From assembly GCA_963674865.2 (NCBI GenBank), contig CAXXYE010000009.1, positions 384,001-448,000 of the forward strand: DNA of 64,000 nucleotides. Reading direction: 5' to 3'. How positions within the stretch are numbered: the stretch's first letter is position 1; each line of letters begins with the position of its first letter. A program made the position numbers and the translations under genes. Of this stretch, positions 20,067 to 30,960 are shown in pieces. The notes beneath the pieces were generated by a model. It was given only the letters and a program-made list of their open reading frames with translations. It was not told the origin of the DNA and ran no database searches. The stretch comes from Candidatus Hydrogenedentota bacterium (GTDB taxonomy: Bacteria; Hydrogenedentota; Hydrogenedentia; Hydrogenedentales; SLHB01).

Positions 20067-22055
20067 ATGTTGTACTACGGCGCGTGTTACTACCCCGAGC
20101 ATTGGACGGCCGAGCAGGCCAAGAATGATATCCCGCTGATGAAGAAGGCGGGCATCAATGTCGTGCGGATGGGCGAGTTCGCGTGGTGCAAGTTCGAGCC
20201 CGAGCAGGGGCGGTACAAATTCGACTGGCTCGACCCGGTGATCGCGGCCTTGCACAAGGCGGGGATTGCTACGGTGCTCGGGACGCCGACGGCTATCCCG
20301 CCCCACTGGGCCCTGATGCGCCATCCCGACATTCTTCAGGTGGATCGCTTCGGCCATACGATTAACCAAGGCGCGCGATGCCACTGCTGCAAGAATGCAC
20401 CCGGTTACCAAATGCTCGCTGAATCCGTCACACGGGCGATAGGCTTGCATTACGCGGGGATGGACGGCGTGATCGGCTGGCAGGTGGACAATGAGTTCGG
20501 ATGTCACGAATCGACCCGCTGCTATTGCGAGCACTGCGCCAAAGCATTCCGCGAGTGGCTGCTCGAAAAGTACAAGGCGGAGGAAGCGCTGAACATGGCG
20601 TGGGGCACGGCGTTCTGGGGATTTGAGTTCCGGAACTGGCCCGAGGTGCCGCTGCCTCGACATATGCCCACGGGGCCGAATCCAGGGCACTGGCTCGATT
20701 TCGCCAGATTCTCGTCGGACACGCAGGTGCGGTTTCAGCGTTCGCTTTCTCAGGCGCTGAAGAATACCTGCCCGAAGCACTTCGTCACGCACAATTACAT
20801 GGGCCGCTTTTCTCAGATCGACTACTACAAGCTATCCGAGCATGTCGATTTCCCAACGTGGGACAACTATCCCGATGCCCATGCCGATCCGCTCGAGCCG
20901 GCCTACGGACATGAAATCACGCGCTCCTTCAAGAATAAGTTCTGGGTGATGGAACAGAAGAGCGGCCCCACGGGCGACGCCGAAACCGGACTTCTCGGCG
21001 AGCAGCCCGAGCCGGGCGAGATCCGCCGGTGGGCCTGGCAGGCCATTGCCAACGGCGCCGACGGCCTGTGTTACTTCCGCTGGCGTGCCTGCCTGACGGG
21101 CGCGGAGCAATATTGGCACGGAATGCTGGATCACGACGGCGTACCTAGACGCCGGTACGTCGAAATCGCCAAGACGGGCGAGGAGTTCGCCCGGATCAGC
21201 GAGCACGTGGCCGAGACGCGCGTCCCCGCGCGTGTTGCGCTCATCCGCGATTTCGACACCCTCTGGAGCTGCGAGCGGCAACCCACGGCGCCCGATTCAA
21301 ACTACGACCACCACTGCTTCGAGTTGTACAGGGCCGTCAAGCGCACGGGCAACTCCTGCCGCGTCCTCAGCCGGGGTGAGGATGTCTCCTCCTATGCCGT
21401 CGTGCTGGCGCCATGCCTCGCCTTGGTGGACAAAGACGTTGTCGAGCGCCTGAAAGCCTTCGTGTCGAACGGCGGGACGCTGGTACTGACGCCGCGTTCA
21501 GGAACGCGCACCGTGTCGAACACCATGACGCCCTTCACCCCGCCGGGACTCCTCGCCGAACTTGCCGGAACCACCATCGAGGAAGTCCGCCCCTACCACC
21601 ACGGCCAAACGGATGAGATTCAGTTCACCGACGGTAAGCTCAAAGGCCAAACATGCACCGTCGGGCGGTGGGTCGAGGTGCTGAAATGCGCGAGTGCCAA
21701 GCCGGTAGCCGAATACGCCGCCGATCGCTTCTACAAGGGCCGGCCCGCCATCGCCTGTAACACGCTGGGCAAAGGCAAAGTCTATTACATCGGCGTCTTC
21801 CTCCCGATGGACGCCTTGGAAGCGTTTGTGTCGGACATCCTGCCCGCGTTTCCCATCGCCCCCATTCCCGAGGGCGTCGAGGCCACGTGCCGCAAGGGCA
21901 AGAACGGCCTGTATGTGTTTCTTCTCAACCACAGTTCTTCACAGCAAGTGGTGAAGCTGCCGGGGAAGTATACGGACCTCCTCAGCGGCGAGGGCATAGG
22001 CTCCGAGGTCAAGCTCGCCGCCAACGGCGTCGTCGTGTTCAAAGCATCGTCCTAA
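20067..22055 (+). CDS. Beta-galactosidase, GH42
   Basis: YYPEHW, GEFAW, WQVDNE (acid/base), CYCEHC Zn motif, WVMEQ (nucleophile), GAEQYWHG. Confidence 0.95.
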   Translation: MLYYGACYYPEHWTAEQAKNDIPLMKKAGINVVRMGEFAWCKFEPEQGRYKFDWLDPVIAALHKAGIATVLGTPTAIPPHWALMRHPDILQVDRFGHTINQGARCHCCKNAPGYQMLAESVTRAIGLHYAGMDGVIGWQVDNEFGCHESTRCYCEHCAKAFREWLLEKYKAEEALNMAWGTAFWGFEFRNWPEVPLPRHMPTGPNPGHWLDFARFSSDTQVRFQRSLSQALKNTCPKHFVTHNYMGRFSQIDYYKLSEHVDFPTWDNYPDAHADPLEPAYGHEITRSFKNKFWVMEQKSGPTGDAETGLLGEQPEPGEIRRWAWQAIANGADGLCYFRWRACLTGAEQYWHGMLDHDGVPRRRYVEIAKTGEEFARISEHVAETRVPARVALIRDFDTLWSCERQPTAPDSNYDHHCFELYRAVKRTGNSCRVLSRGEDVSSYAVVLAPCLALVDKDVVERLKAFVSNGGTLVLTPRSGTRTVSNTMTPFTPPGLLAELAGTTIEEVRPYHHGQTDEIQFTDGKLKGQTCTVGRWVEVLKCASAKPVAEYAADRFYKGRPAIACNTLGKGKVYYIGVFLPMDALEAFVSDILPAFPIAPIPEGVEATCRKGKNGLYVFLLNHSSSQQVVKLPGKYTDLLSGEGIGSEVKLAANGVVVFKASS

Positions 22056-22137
22056 GACGCCGCATAGCGGCGCCGCGGCATCACGCGGTCATGGCCGCTC
22101 CTAGAAGCGGCGCCGCCGCGTGTAGTAGAGTGAAGCC

Positions 22138-23913
22138 ATGCAGGGGAAGATTCTCCTCATAGACGATGACGAGACTATTCGTCGAACCATCTCGCTCATC
22201 CTCGAGCGCGACGGATACGTCACCGACGTCGCCGCGACGGGCGCCGAGGCCAAGGCGGCACTGGCGAACACCGAGTACGACTTGGCCGTAGTCGACCTCC
22301 TGCTGCCGGACCTCAGCGGGATTGACCTCCTGAAGTGGGCGCGGGAACACGCCCCAGGCGTGGTATCCGTCGTGCTCTCAGGCACGACCTCCCCCGAGGA
22401 GGCGGCGGAAGCGGTGCAACAGGGAGCCTATGACTTCGTTGCCAAGCCCGTCACAAACCCGCATGCCTTCTGCCATCGCATTCAGGGAGCCATCCGGCAC
22501 AAACGGCTTGCGGCGCGGCACGATGAACTCCTCAAGGAATTGGAGCAGAAGAACACCGAACTCGAAAATCGCCTCGCGCAATTGGAGTTGGCCTACCACG
22601 CGCTTCAGGCCCAGGCCGTCGCCATACAGGTCGACCTGAACCGCGCCATGCACATCCAGCGCGGATTGCTGCCCAGGGAACTCCCCTTCTCGGATAAAGT
22701 CTCCATGGCCGCGGCCTTTCACCCGATGGACAAAGTCGGCGGAGATCTGTACGACGTGTTCCCGCTGGACGCGCGCCGCCTCGGACTCTATATCGCCGAC
22801 ACCTCCGGGCACGGCGTGAGCGGGGCCATGTTGACGCTGTTCCTACGCCGAGCCCTCGAGCCCGCCGCAAAGGAAGACTCCGGCGAAGTCCGAAGCCCCG
22901 GCCACGTGCTGCGCCTATTGAACGACAACATCATCCGCGACATACCCGCGCGCGAGATGTTCGTCTCCATGATCTACCTCATCGTCGACGTCGACACCAT
23001 GGAGGTGAGCTACTCCTGCGCCGGCCATCCGCCCCTTCTCTTGCGCCGCACGGACGGCACAGTCGAGCCGCTCCACGTATCGGCGCCCGTGCTCGGTGTC
23101 AACTCGGAAGTCCGCTACACCCAGGCCTCCTTCCAAATGAATCCGGGCGACCTGATGCTCCTCTACACGGATGGCGCGGCCAACGTCAACGACGACACGG
23201 GCGAGCCCTTCGGCGCTAAACGCCTACGCGAACTCGTGAGCGAAACATCCGGCCACGTGGACGAACTTGTGCCGCGGCTCGAAGACGCGCTCGTCCGCTA
23301 CTCCGAGTCCTGTCCATGGCCCGATGATGTCACAATCGTGGCCCTCGGCGCCGAGCCGCAGCGGACGCCGCTCGATGCCTCGATGGAGGGAACGGCCGCC
23401 GCCGTACCAGTCGATTCGCCGCCGGCCGTCCGGGCAACGGCCGAGGATGGCCGACTGTTCATCAGCGTGTCCGGGGCCGGATCCTGGCAAGAAAGCCAGC
23501 GCGTGCTCCAACTGTGTAATGAAGCACGCGACCGTGGCGACAGCGCCGTCATCCTGGACCTCGAGCATTGCCTGCGCCTCGACAGCACTTTCTACGGCGT
23601 TCTCCACGAGATCGCGACTTCTTTCGACGGCCAGGATCGCTGCAATTTCGAGATCCAGAATGTGCCTCACAAGATCCTCAGGGAATTCGGCGAACTGGGC
23701 CTTACGGCCGTCCTGATGCATTTCCGCCCCGAGCCGCTCCCCCTCCCCGCGTCGATGCGCCCCATCGAAACTACCGTGCCCGCCCGCGCGGAAATGGGCC
23801 GCCTGCTTCTCAGTGCCCACGAAGCCTTGGTGGCCGCCGATCCGAAAAACGCCGACCGCTTCGCAGCCGTCCTCAAATTGCTTCACGAGCAGGCTCAGAA
23901 GCACGGGCGCTGA
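22138..23913 (+). CDS. Receiver-SpoIIE/RsbU PP2C phosphatase-STAS-like fusion
   Basis: LIDDD...DLLLP...K receiver; VGGDLYD, IADTSGHG, LLYTDG, DDVT; C-terminal ILDLEHCLRLDSTFYG. Confidence 0.9.
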   Translation: MQGKILLIDDDETIRRTISLILERDGYVTDVAATGAEAKAALANTEYDLAVVDLLLPDLSGIDLLKWAREHAPGVVSVVLSGTTSPEEAAEAVQQGAYDFVAKPVTNPHAFCHRIQGAIRHKRLAARHDELLKELEQKNTELENRLAQLELAYHALQAQAVAIQVDLNRAMHIQRGLLPRELPFSDKVSMAAAFHPMDKVGGDLYDVFPLDARRLGLYIADTSGHGVSGAMLTLFLRRALEPAAKEDSGEVRSPGHVLRLLNDNIIRDIPAREMFVSMIYLIVDVDTMEVSYSCAGHPPLLLRRTDGTVEPLHVSAPVLGVNSEVRYTQASFQMNPGDLMLLYTDGAANVNDDTGEPFGAKRLRELVSETSGHVDELVPRLEDALVRYSESCPWPDDVTIVALGAEPQRTPLDASMEGTAAAVPVDSPPAVRATAEDGRLFISVSGAGSWQESQRVLQLCNEARDRGDSAVILDLEHCLRLDSTFYGVLHEIATSFDGQDRCNFEIQNVPHKILREFGELGLTAVLMHFRPEPLPLPASMRPIETTVPARAEMGRLLLSAHEALVAADPKNADRFAAVLKLLHEQAQKHGR

Positions 23914-24049
23914 CGGCCTATCATCACAGCCGCACTACCAGACGGCGTGCATTCCTCGGCCGGTTCTCGTTGTCCAGACTGCTCCCTCGGCACGAGTGAC
24001 ATTGACGCTATGGGCAACCAGGACTACAATGACGGGAAGGGGATCTGTC

Positions 24050-25294
24050 ATGGCCACAGGCGGTTCTGCACGGGGAATCTCGATTGGTTGCGCTATCGTC
24101 CTGCTTGCACTGCCATTTCCGGCGTGCTCTCCCGATCTGTCCCTCACTGGCGTAGAGCGCGTTCCGGACGCTACAGGCCAAGGCTCGCACCGGTTCATCA
24201 CCGGCCAAGTGGTCGATGCCTCGGGCAATCCTATTACCAAATTCGAGTACTTGGTAAGGGGTGGCGCCGTCACGGAAAATGAGCGGGCCGCTGACGGTTC
24301 CCTGCTGGCTATGAAACCTGCTTCGGACCCGAAGGGCGAGTTTCGTGCAAGGTACTCCCAAGTACATGGCCAGAAGCAGACTATCGTGGTGGGCGCACCG
24401 GGACACGTGACGCGATACCACATCTTCGACACGACTGCCCCGGACGCCCTGACAAACGTCAGCATCGTCCTTGATAGGGCGGCTGGGGTGAAGGGGAAGG
24501 TTGTCGATGTAAACGGTGATGGTGTGCCCGGCGCATTGATCTGGATCGGGCCTGTTCCGCGTCCGCGCCACCACGGCAGGCCCGGAGCCATTGCGGAGAC
24601 GGACAAACGCGGACGCTTCTTCTCGGATCGCTTTCCGTCCGGGACAACAACACTGGGAGTGCTTCACCGGGATCACCCAGCCACGTCATTCGATGTGAAC
24701 TTGTCGCTGTCGGAGAAGAACCGGCCCGTCCTTGAGTTGCCGTCGGGGGTGGCCCTGTCCGGGAGCATGCGTTTTGGCGAAGCGCCGGTGCGCGATGGGA
24801 GGATCTTCGTAGAGACGAAGGCGGGTGGCAGGTCGGGCACCCCGGCCGACGGCGCCTTCCAACTCAAGGGTGTGCCGCCGGACGTAACCCATGTCGACTT
24901 CTACGCGTTCCGGTTCGAGTCCACAGGCGAGAAGTCCACCTGGTATCTCAGCAAACCCGTGGATCTTGTCGGCCGAGAGGAACTGAATGTCGACGTCCAG
25001 TTTCCCGTCGGTACCGCCACCCTCACGGGCCAGATTCTCCTTGGAGGTCACGCCAACGAATACGGCGGCTCGTTGTACCTCACGCCACTTGGCGAGTCTG
25101 GGAAGATGCAGATAAGCGCCCATGCGAACGGCCAGGGAAGATATGCCATCTCCGAGATGCCAGAAGGGGACTGGATGGCCCATGCCGATCTCTACGACAA
25201 GGAGTTGGGGGGATTCAATTCACGGCAACAGGTGACTACTCGTGCGGGCCAGATTACCGACCTCACTATCGACTTCCCCCTGAACGACGGATAG
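24050..25294 (+). CDS. Carboxypeptidase-regulatory-like (transthyretin-fold) repeat lipoprotein
   Basis: Hydrophobic leader with Cys; repeated ITGQVVDASGNPI / VKGKVVDVNGDGVPGA / TDKRGRF motifs. Confidence 0.7.
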   Translation: MATGGSARGISIGCAIVLLALPFPACSPDLSLTGVERVPDATGQGSHRFITGQVVDASGNPITKFEYLVRGGAVTENERAADGSLLAMKPASDPKGEFRARYSQVHGQKQTIVVGAPGHVTRYHIFDTTAPDALTNVSIVLDRAAGVKGKVVDVNGDGVPGALIWIGPVPRPRHHGRPGAIAETDKRGRFFSDRFPSGTTTLGVLHRDHPATSFDVNLSLSEKNRPVLELPSGVALSGSMRFGEAPVRDGRIFVETKAGGRSGTPADGAFQLKGVPPDVTHVDFYAFRFESTGEKSTWYLSKPVDLVGREELNVDVQFPVGTATLTGQILLGGHANEYGGSLYLTPLGESGKMQISAHANGQGRYAISEMPEGDWMAHADLYDKELGGFNSRQQVTTRAGQITDLTIDFPLNDG

Positions 25295-25350
25295 CCTTTC
25301 GGCCGTGATGAATCGGACAACTGCGTCCACGCCATTCGATCTGAAATGGC

Positions 25351-25396
25351 AAAGGCCGGGAGCGCGATCCTCGAAGACCACCTGCTCCCGGCCTTT
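25351..25396. terminator. Bidirectional terminator-like hairpin
   Basis: AAAGGCCGGGAGC ... GCTCCCGGCCTTT between convergent genes. Confidence 0.65.
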
Positions 25397-25412
25397 TCTG
25401 TCTTTACTGTGA

Positions 25413-26572
25413 CTACCGGAACGACTTGGCGAAATCGTCTTCCGTCGATTTCTTCACCGTCTTCTCAAATTTCGATCCCGCGGCCAACTCGCTTAACTTC
25501 TCGGCATAAGCCGCGGCATCAATGGGCACGTCGCACGGCTTGCCCGTCCACGCCGAGTAAAGCATGGCATTGGCGAACTCAACCGAATGTATGCCTTCTT
25601 CCGCCGGGGCAATCAAAGGCTCACCATCGAGAATCGCATTCACGAAGTTCTGCGTGATCATGTAATGCCCGCTCTTTTCATCCGGGAACGGCACATCGAT
25701 ATTCCACACTTCCGGCCGGCGGAATCGGCCCGGATCCGTCTTCGTGAATTCCTTGACGCTCACTTCCGTCCGCGTGAACTTGATCTTCCCGTCTTCGAGG
25801 ACGATCTTGCCGCGATCGCCGGCGATCTCGAGGCGCTCCGAGCCGGGCGCTTCGCCCGTGCTCGCGATGAACACGCCCGTCGCGCCGTTCGCGTACTCGA
25901 AGTACGCCGTCACGTCGTCCTCGGTTTCGATGTCGTGGTACTTCCCGAATCCGCAGAACGCCTGAACGCGGACGGGCAGGCCGCAAAGCCACTGGAACAG
26001 ATCGAGGTTGTGCGGGCACTGGTTGAGAAGTACGCCGCCGCCTTCACCCTTCCAGGTGGCCCGCCAGCCGCCCGAATCATAATATGACTGGCTGCGGAAC
26101 CAACCCGTGATGATCCAATTCGTCCGGACGATCTCGCCAAGTTCCCCGGAGTCGATAAGCGCCTTGATCTTCTTCCATACCGGCCTCGTGCGCATCTGGA
26201 ACATAGCGGAGAACTTGAGGTCCTTGCTCTTCTTATACGCCGCGATGAGGCGCTCGCAGTCCGCCTTATGCACCGAGATCGGCTTCTCGACCAGCACGTG
26301 CACGCCATTCTCGAAAGCATCGATGCCGACCGTCGTATGGGCGTAGTGCGGCGTGGCGATGATCACCGCGTCCACCTCGCCCGAGCGGATCAGCTTCGCG
26401 CTGTCGTCATACAGCTTCAGATCCTCTCCCTTGAACTTCTCGAGGCGCGCTCCGGATCCACATCGCAAACGGCGACAAGCTTGCACCGCTCCACATTGCC
26501 CGGCAACAGGTAGCGGCTATGCGAGCTGCCCATGTTCCCAACGCCGATAATGCCTATTCGTACCATGTCCAT
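25413..26572 (-). pseudogene. Gfo/Idh/MocA oxidoreductase with frameshift near 26445-26451
   Basis: N-terminus MDMVRIGIIGVGNMG...VAVCDVDPER is in one frame; the rest (ATPHYAH, VEKP, GGGVLLNQCPHNLD) is in another. Confidence 0.85.
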
Positions 26573-26716
26573 CACATCTCTCCTCACACAGTTGTCATTC
26601 CGCGCCCGCATCGTGAAACGCACTCTGACCAACTCTTGCGCGGCCGGATAGCAGGCAGGTTAGAACCTGAGTCTATCAAAACCGGACCGCCCTGTGCGAG
26701 CAAGACGCTGGACGTC

Positions 26717-26745
26717 ATCGCCGGATAACTCGACCGCGCCGCGCA
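26717..26745. repeat. Short copy of mosaic repeat module
   Basis: ATCGCCGGATAACTCGAC identical to 12090-12107, followed by a similar GCCGCGCA. Confidence 0.65.
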
Positions 26746-27171
26746 ATGGGCTCCTCGACCACCTGTTATCCCCAAACCCCTTCCTGTCGAATAATGGGTG
26801 ATGGAAGCGGGCCGCAGACAACGGCATATGAGACACGCGAGTTAGGCGGCACGCCTCCTCATATCCCCAACATCTTGTCCCCTAAGACCTTGCGCCACAG
26901 CACGATAAGCAACACAAGCACCGGCGGCCAAGGCGAGGTGTTGACAAATCCCCCATTACTGCGCGATACTCTATTTGAGTTAAGCGTAGTATTCATGTTT
27001 TGCAGATTCGTGCCTTCTTTTCACCTTGAGGGTAGTACGAAACACATTGGCAGTATTCGTAGTTCTTGTATCTTCGCATGACGCCATCGCGGAACACGGG
27101 GAACGTCGGGCAAGCTCAGTCTATGTCCGTGGTATGAACAAAAGACAAACGACCTGAGAAGGAACTTCGTC

Positions 27172-28359
27172 TTGCCTCTGCTCATGACGATTCACGAGGC
27201 CGCCCGTAACGGGAATGAGCGGCGCGTCTGGAAACTCGTCCAAAAAGGGGCGGACGTCGACGAGCGGGACGAACGCGGCGCCACCCCGCTCTACTATGCG
27301 TCCCGGGCCGGGCAACGCGACATTGTGGCCATCTTGCTCGAGCACAACGCCGAGCCCGACGAAGGCACCGAGAAAGGCGATACGCCCCTGTTCCAGGCGG
27401 CGCAGGAGGGGCACATCGGTATCGTGAAGCTTCTCCTGAACGCCGGGGCGACCGTGAGCCCGCGCACCAACAAGGGCGCCACGCCGCTCATGGTGGCGGC
27501 CACGCGCGGCCACGTCGAGATCGTCAAACTCCTGCTTGAGTGGGGGGCGGATGTCGATGAACAGGACCTCCACGGGCGAACCGCCCTGTATATGGCCATC
27601 GACAAAGGCTGCATCAAAGTCGTAACGCTCCTACTCGACAGCGGGGCCGACGTGAACCGGGCCGCGGAAAAGGGCCTGACTCCCCTCATGCTTGCCGTCA
27701 AGATCGGCGACCCCGAGATCGCGCGCATGCTCATCGCGAGCGGCGCGCTTCTCGACAACCCGTCATCCGACGGCCTTACGGCCCTCATGATGGCGGCGCA
27801 GCATGGTGGCGTGGAGACAACCCGTCTCCTGCTCGACGCGGGGGCCGACGCGGGCATCAAGGTTTACAACTCTTTCACCGCGGAAGACCTCGCCAAGCGG
27901 GAAGGCAAGCGGCGAATCGTCGCTATCTTCAGAGAATACGCGCAGAAAAACGACCCGAAGCGTCTATTCCTGGCCGCCGTTGCCGACGGTGACACCGCGA
28001 AGGTGAAAGCAATCCTTGGCAAGGAGCCCCGGCTGGCCCGCGTCAAGACCGCGACACACGGATGGACCGCCTTGCATCTGGCCGTGCAACGCGCCAACCG
28101 TGAAATGATCGAACTCCTGCTGAACGTAGGCGCCGACGTGAACGCCAAGAGCGCCGAAGGCATGACCCCCGCCCACTTCGCCGCCCAACGCGGCGACCGG
28201 CCCGTCCTGCGCCTGCTTCTGGCCCGGGGCGCCGACCTCGGTCTGGGGGATAAGGGACAGAGTGCGCTGGCCGAAGCGCTCGAAAGCGGGCAGGCCCAAC
28301 TCGCCGAGTTCTTCGCGGAACACGTCACGCCCTCGGTGGAGGCCTCCCCACAAGCGTAG
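27172..28359 (+). CDS. Ankyrin-repeat protein
   Basis: Repeated GxTPLxxAA...GHxxIVKLLLxxGADVN. Confidence 0.93.
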   Translation: MPLLMTIHEAARNGNERRVWKLVQKGADVDERDERGATPLYYASRAGQRDIVAILLEHNAEPDEGTEKGDTPLFQAAQEGHIGIVKLLLNAGATVSPRTNKGATPLMVAATRGHVEIVKLLLEWGADVDEQDLHGRTALYMAIDKGCIKVVTLLLDSGADVNRAAEKGLTPLMLAVKIGDPEIARMLIASGALLDNPSSDGLTALMMAAQHGGVETTRLLLDAGADAGIKVYNSFTAEDLAKREGKRRIVAIFREYAQKNDPKRLFLAAVADGDTAKVKAILGKEPRLARVKTATHGWTALHLAVQRANREMIELLLNVGADVNAKSAEGMTPAHFAAQRGDRPVLRLLLARGADLGLGDKGQSALAEALESGQAQLAEFFAEHVTPSVEASPQA

Positions 28360-28440
28360 AGAGCCTGCTCGAATAGCCCCCCATGATCGCCGCCCGGCCC
28401 GGCACTCACGACGGGCGGCACAACACGGGAACAACGGTTT

Positions 28441-29542
28441 GTGACCTTACGGCAACGTGTTGAAGCCGTCCTCGACGGGCGAAGACCCGACGCAATACCC
28501 TGGTTTACCGACCTGACGTACTGGCATCACGGCCAAGACAAGGCGGGCGCGTTGCCGCGACGCTACGCCGGAGAAGACGGCCTCCTCCAACTCCACCGCG
28601 ACTTGGGCGTCGGCGTCTACCTTTTCACACCGCCTCTGGTGCGCGTCGAACGCGATCCCGACCTGTTCCGCTGGGAGCACGAGACCGTCCAGGAAGGCCT
28701 GCGCCGCATTCACGTCACCTCACCCGAAGGACATCTCACGGGACTCGTCAAGGACTGCCCCAGTTCGGCCTCCACCGCCGTGCTCGAGTATCCCATCAAG
28801 GGCCCGGAGGATCTGCGGGTGATCCGATCCTGGTACGAAGGAGCCCGGTACATCCCCAACTACGAAGAGGTCCTGGAATGCGACCGTGAGTGGGGCGACG
28901 TCGGCTTCGCCGTCCCCCTGACGCCGCGCACGCCCCTGGCCGCACTGGCTGCGCAGTGGGCCGGCGTCGCCAACCTGTCCTTCCTCATGGCCGAAGCCCC
29001 GGATATGCTCGAAGATACCCTCGAAGTGATGCGCCGCTGCGAGGACGCGCTGTACGGCCTTATCGGCAAGGCGCCTTACCCCGTTGTCGAGATCCCCGAC
29101 AACCTGTCGTCGGAAACCATGTGCGGCCTGTGGCGCCGGTACAGCCGCGATTACTACCGCCAACGCGTGGCCGCCCTGCACGCCGCCGGCAAGAAGGTAG
29201 GCTGCCATATCGACGGAACCCTCGGTGCGCTGCTCGGCGAACTCGTGGCCGCGGGCATCGACTTTCCCAGAGTCCGTCGTACCGGCGCCCGTAGGCGACC
29301 TGACGCTCCACGAGATCCGCCGCGCGGTCAACGAAGACACCATCATCTGGGGCGACGTGCCCGCGGCGATGTTCGCCCCGCCATTCGAGTCCCAGCAAGT
29401 ACTGGACTTCGTCCGCGAAGTCGTGCGCGTCCTGGGCGCCGATGGACGCCTCGTCCTCGCCGGCGCCGACCAGGTGCCTCCCAACGGCGACATCGACCTC
29501 GTTCGCCGCATCGGGGAACTGCTCATCGAACTCGGCGCCTGA
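28441..29542 (+). pseudogene. URO-D-like TIM-barrel protein with +1 frameshift near 29262-29270
   Basis: MTLRQRVEAVLDG...PDNLSSE...HIDG in one frame continues as PESVVPAPVGDLT...IWGDVPA...ADQVPPNG in another; GACTTTCCCAGAG has one extra base. Confidence 0.8.
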
Positions 29543-29546
29543 CATC

Positions 29547-29950
29547 GCCGGCCGCAGCTTGCGCAGCAAACGCGGCCCACCGAGCTGCTTGGCTTGCGGC
29601 GCCAGCCGCAAACGACAGGCAAGGTGGCCATGCCTCCTCGCCCCGCCGCAAGGAGCCGCACGCCCCGCTCACCGATCCCCGACCACATCCCTTCCCCATC
29701 TGCGTTCATCGGTGGCTATACACACCAAAGGCGCCCGAAATCTTACTCTGAGATCTGCTATCTCAAATCTGCAATCCTCCTATGCCAATCCTGTTCATCC
29801 TGTCAAAAGAGCCAATCCCTATCTGCGTCCATCGGTGTCCATCTGTGGCTACAATCCCCCTCCCCGCCACCGACCCGTCCCATCGCCAACACCGCCCGAC
29901 TTGTCTCAGGGGGCCTTCTTCGGGCAAGTTGTTGCCCACGGCCAAGCGCC
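29547..29950. repeat. Mosaic repeat locus A
   Basis: 29547-29684 is the reverse complement of 35076-35213; 29685-29950 is the reverse complement of about 52750-53161, with one 133-bp unit instead of two. Confidence 0.92.
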
Positions 29951-29961
29951 ACACGGAATGC

Positions 29962-30960
29962 ATGATGAAAGCATATCTAACCAAACGTCTGCTGTTGATC
30001 GTCCCGACCTTCATCGGGGTGAGCCTGATCACCTTCCTCGTGATTCAGCTCGCGCCCGGCAGCCCCGTCTATTTCAAGCTGCGCGGCGGACAGGACAGCA
30101 TGCAATCCGACAGCATGACCCAGCAGATCGTCGAACAAACCAAGGCCCTCTACGGATTGGACAAACCCATCCCCGTCCAGTATGTCCGCTGGCTCGGTAA
30201 GATCGTCACCTTCGACTTCGGCAACTCCTACAAAGACCAGCGGCCTGTCATGGAGAAGATCCTCGAGACGCTCCCCGTTACCTTGCAGTTGAACATCATT
30301 TCGATCTTCCTGATCTACCTCATCTCCGTGCCCATAGGCGTGTTCTCGGCCACCCACCAGCGCTCCTGGGTGGACAACATCATCACCGTCTTCCTCTTCG
30401 TCCTGTACAGCCTGCCCAGCTTCTGGCTGGCCATGCTCTTCATCCACTTCCTGGGCGGCGGCGAATGGCTCAACTGGTTCCCCGTATACGGCATCAGCTC
30501 CCTGGGCGCCGAAGAATGGCCTTGGTATCGATGGCTTGCCGACCGCGCGTGGCACTTCGTCCTGCCCGTCACCTGCCTCACCTACGGCGGCCTGGCGGGC
30601 CTGTCCCGCTACGCGCGCGCCGGCATGATCGAGACCATTCGCCAGGACTACGTCCGCACCGCCCGCGCCTACGGCTTCTCCGAGAAGATAGTCGTCTTCA
30701 AGTACGCCATGCGTAACTCGCTTATACCGATCGTCACCCTGCTCGGAAGCTTGCTGCCGTCCCTTATCGGCGGCAGCGTGATCATCGAAAGCATTTTCTC
30801 GATACCCGGCATGGGACGGCTCGGCTTTGAGGCCGTCCTCTCACGGGATTACCCCCTGATTATGGGCATTTTCACCATGTCGGCCCTACTCACGCTGCTG
30901 GGGCTGATCGTGTCCGACATCCTCTACGCCATCGTCGACCCAAGGATCTCCTTCGAATAG
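29962..30960 (+). CDS. oppB: Oligopeptide ABC transporter permease
   Basis: YLTKRLLLIVPT, GLDKPIPVQY, DFGNS, QDYVRTARAYG, DILYAIVDPRI. Confidence 0.95.
   Translation: MMKAYLTKRLLLIVPTFIGVSLITFLVIQLAPGSPVYFKLRGGQDSMQSDSMTQQIVEQTKALYGLDKPIPVQYVRWLGKIVTFDFGNSYKDQRPVMEKILETLPVTLQLNIISIFLIYLISVPIGVFSATHQRSWVDNIITVFLFVLYSLPSFWLAMLFIHFLGGGEWLNWFPVYGISSLGAEEWPWYRWLADRAWHFVLPVTCLTYGGLAGLSRYARAGMIETIRQDYVRTARAYGFSEKIVVFKYAMRNSLIPIVTLLGSLLPSLIGGSVIIESIFSIPGMGRLGFEAVLSRDYPLIMGIFTMSALLTLLGLIVSDILYAIVDPRISFE

Noticed and set aside
26766..27080. oriC
   Set aside because: Only one single-mismatch DnaA-box-like 9-mer, no box cluster, and no canonical dnaA/dnaN nearby
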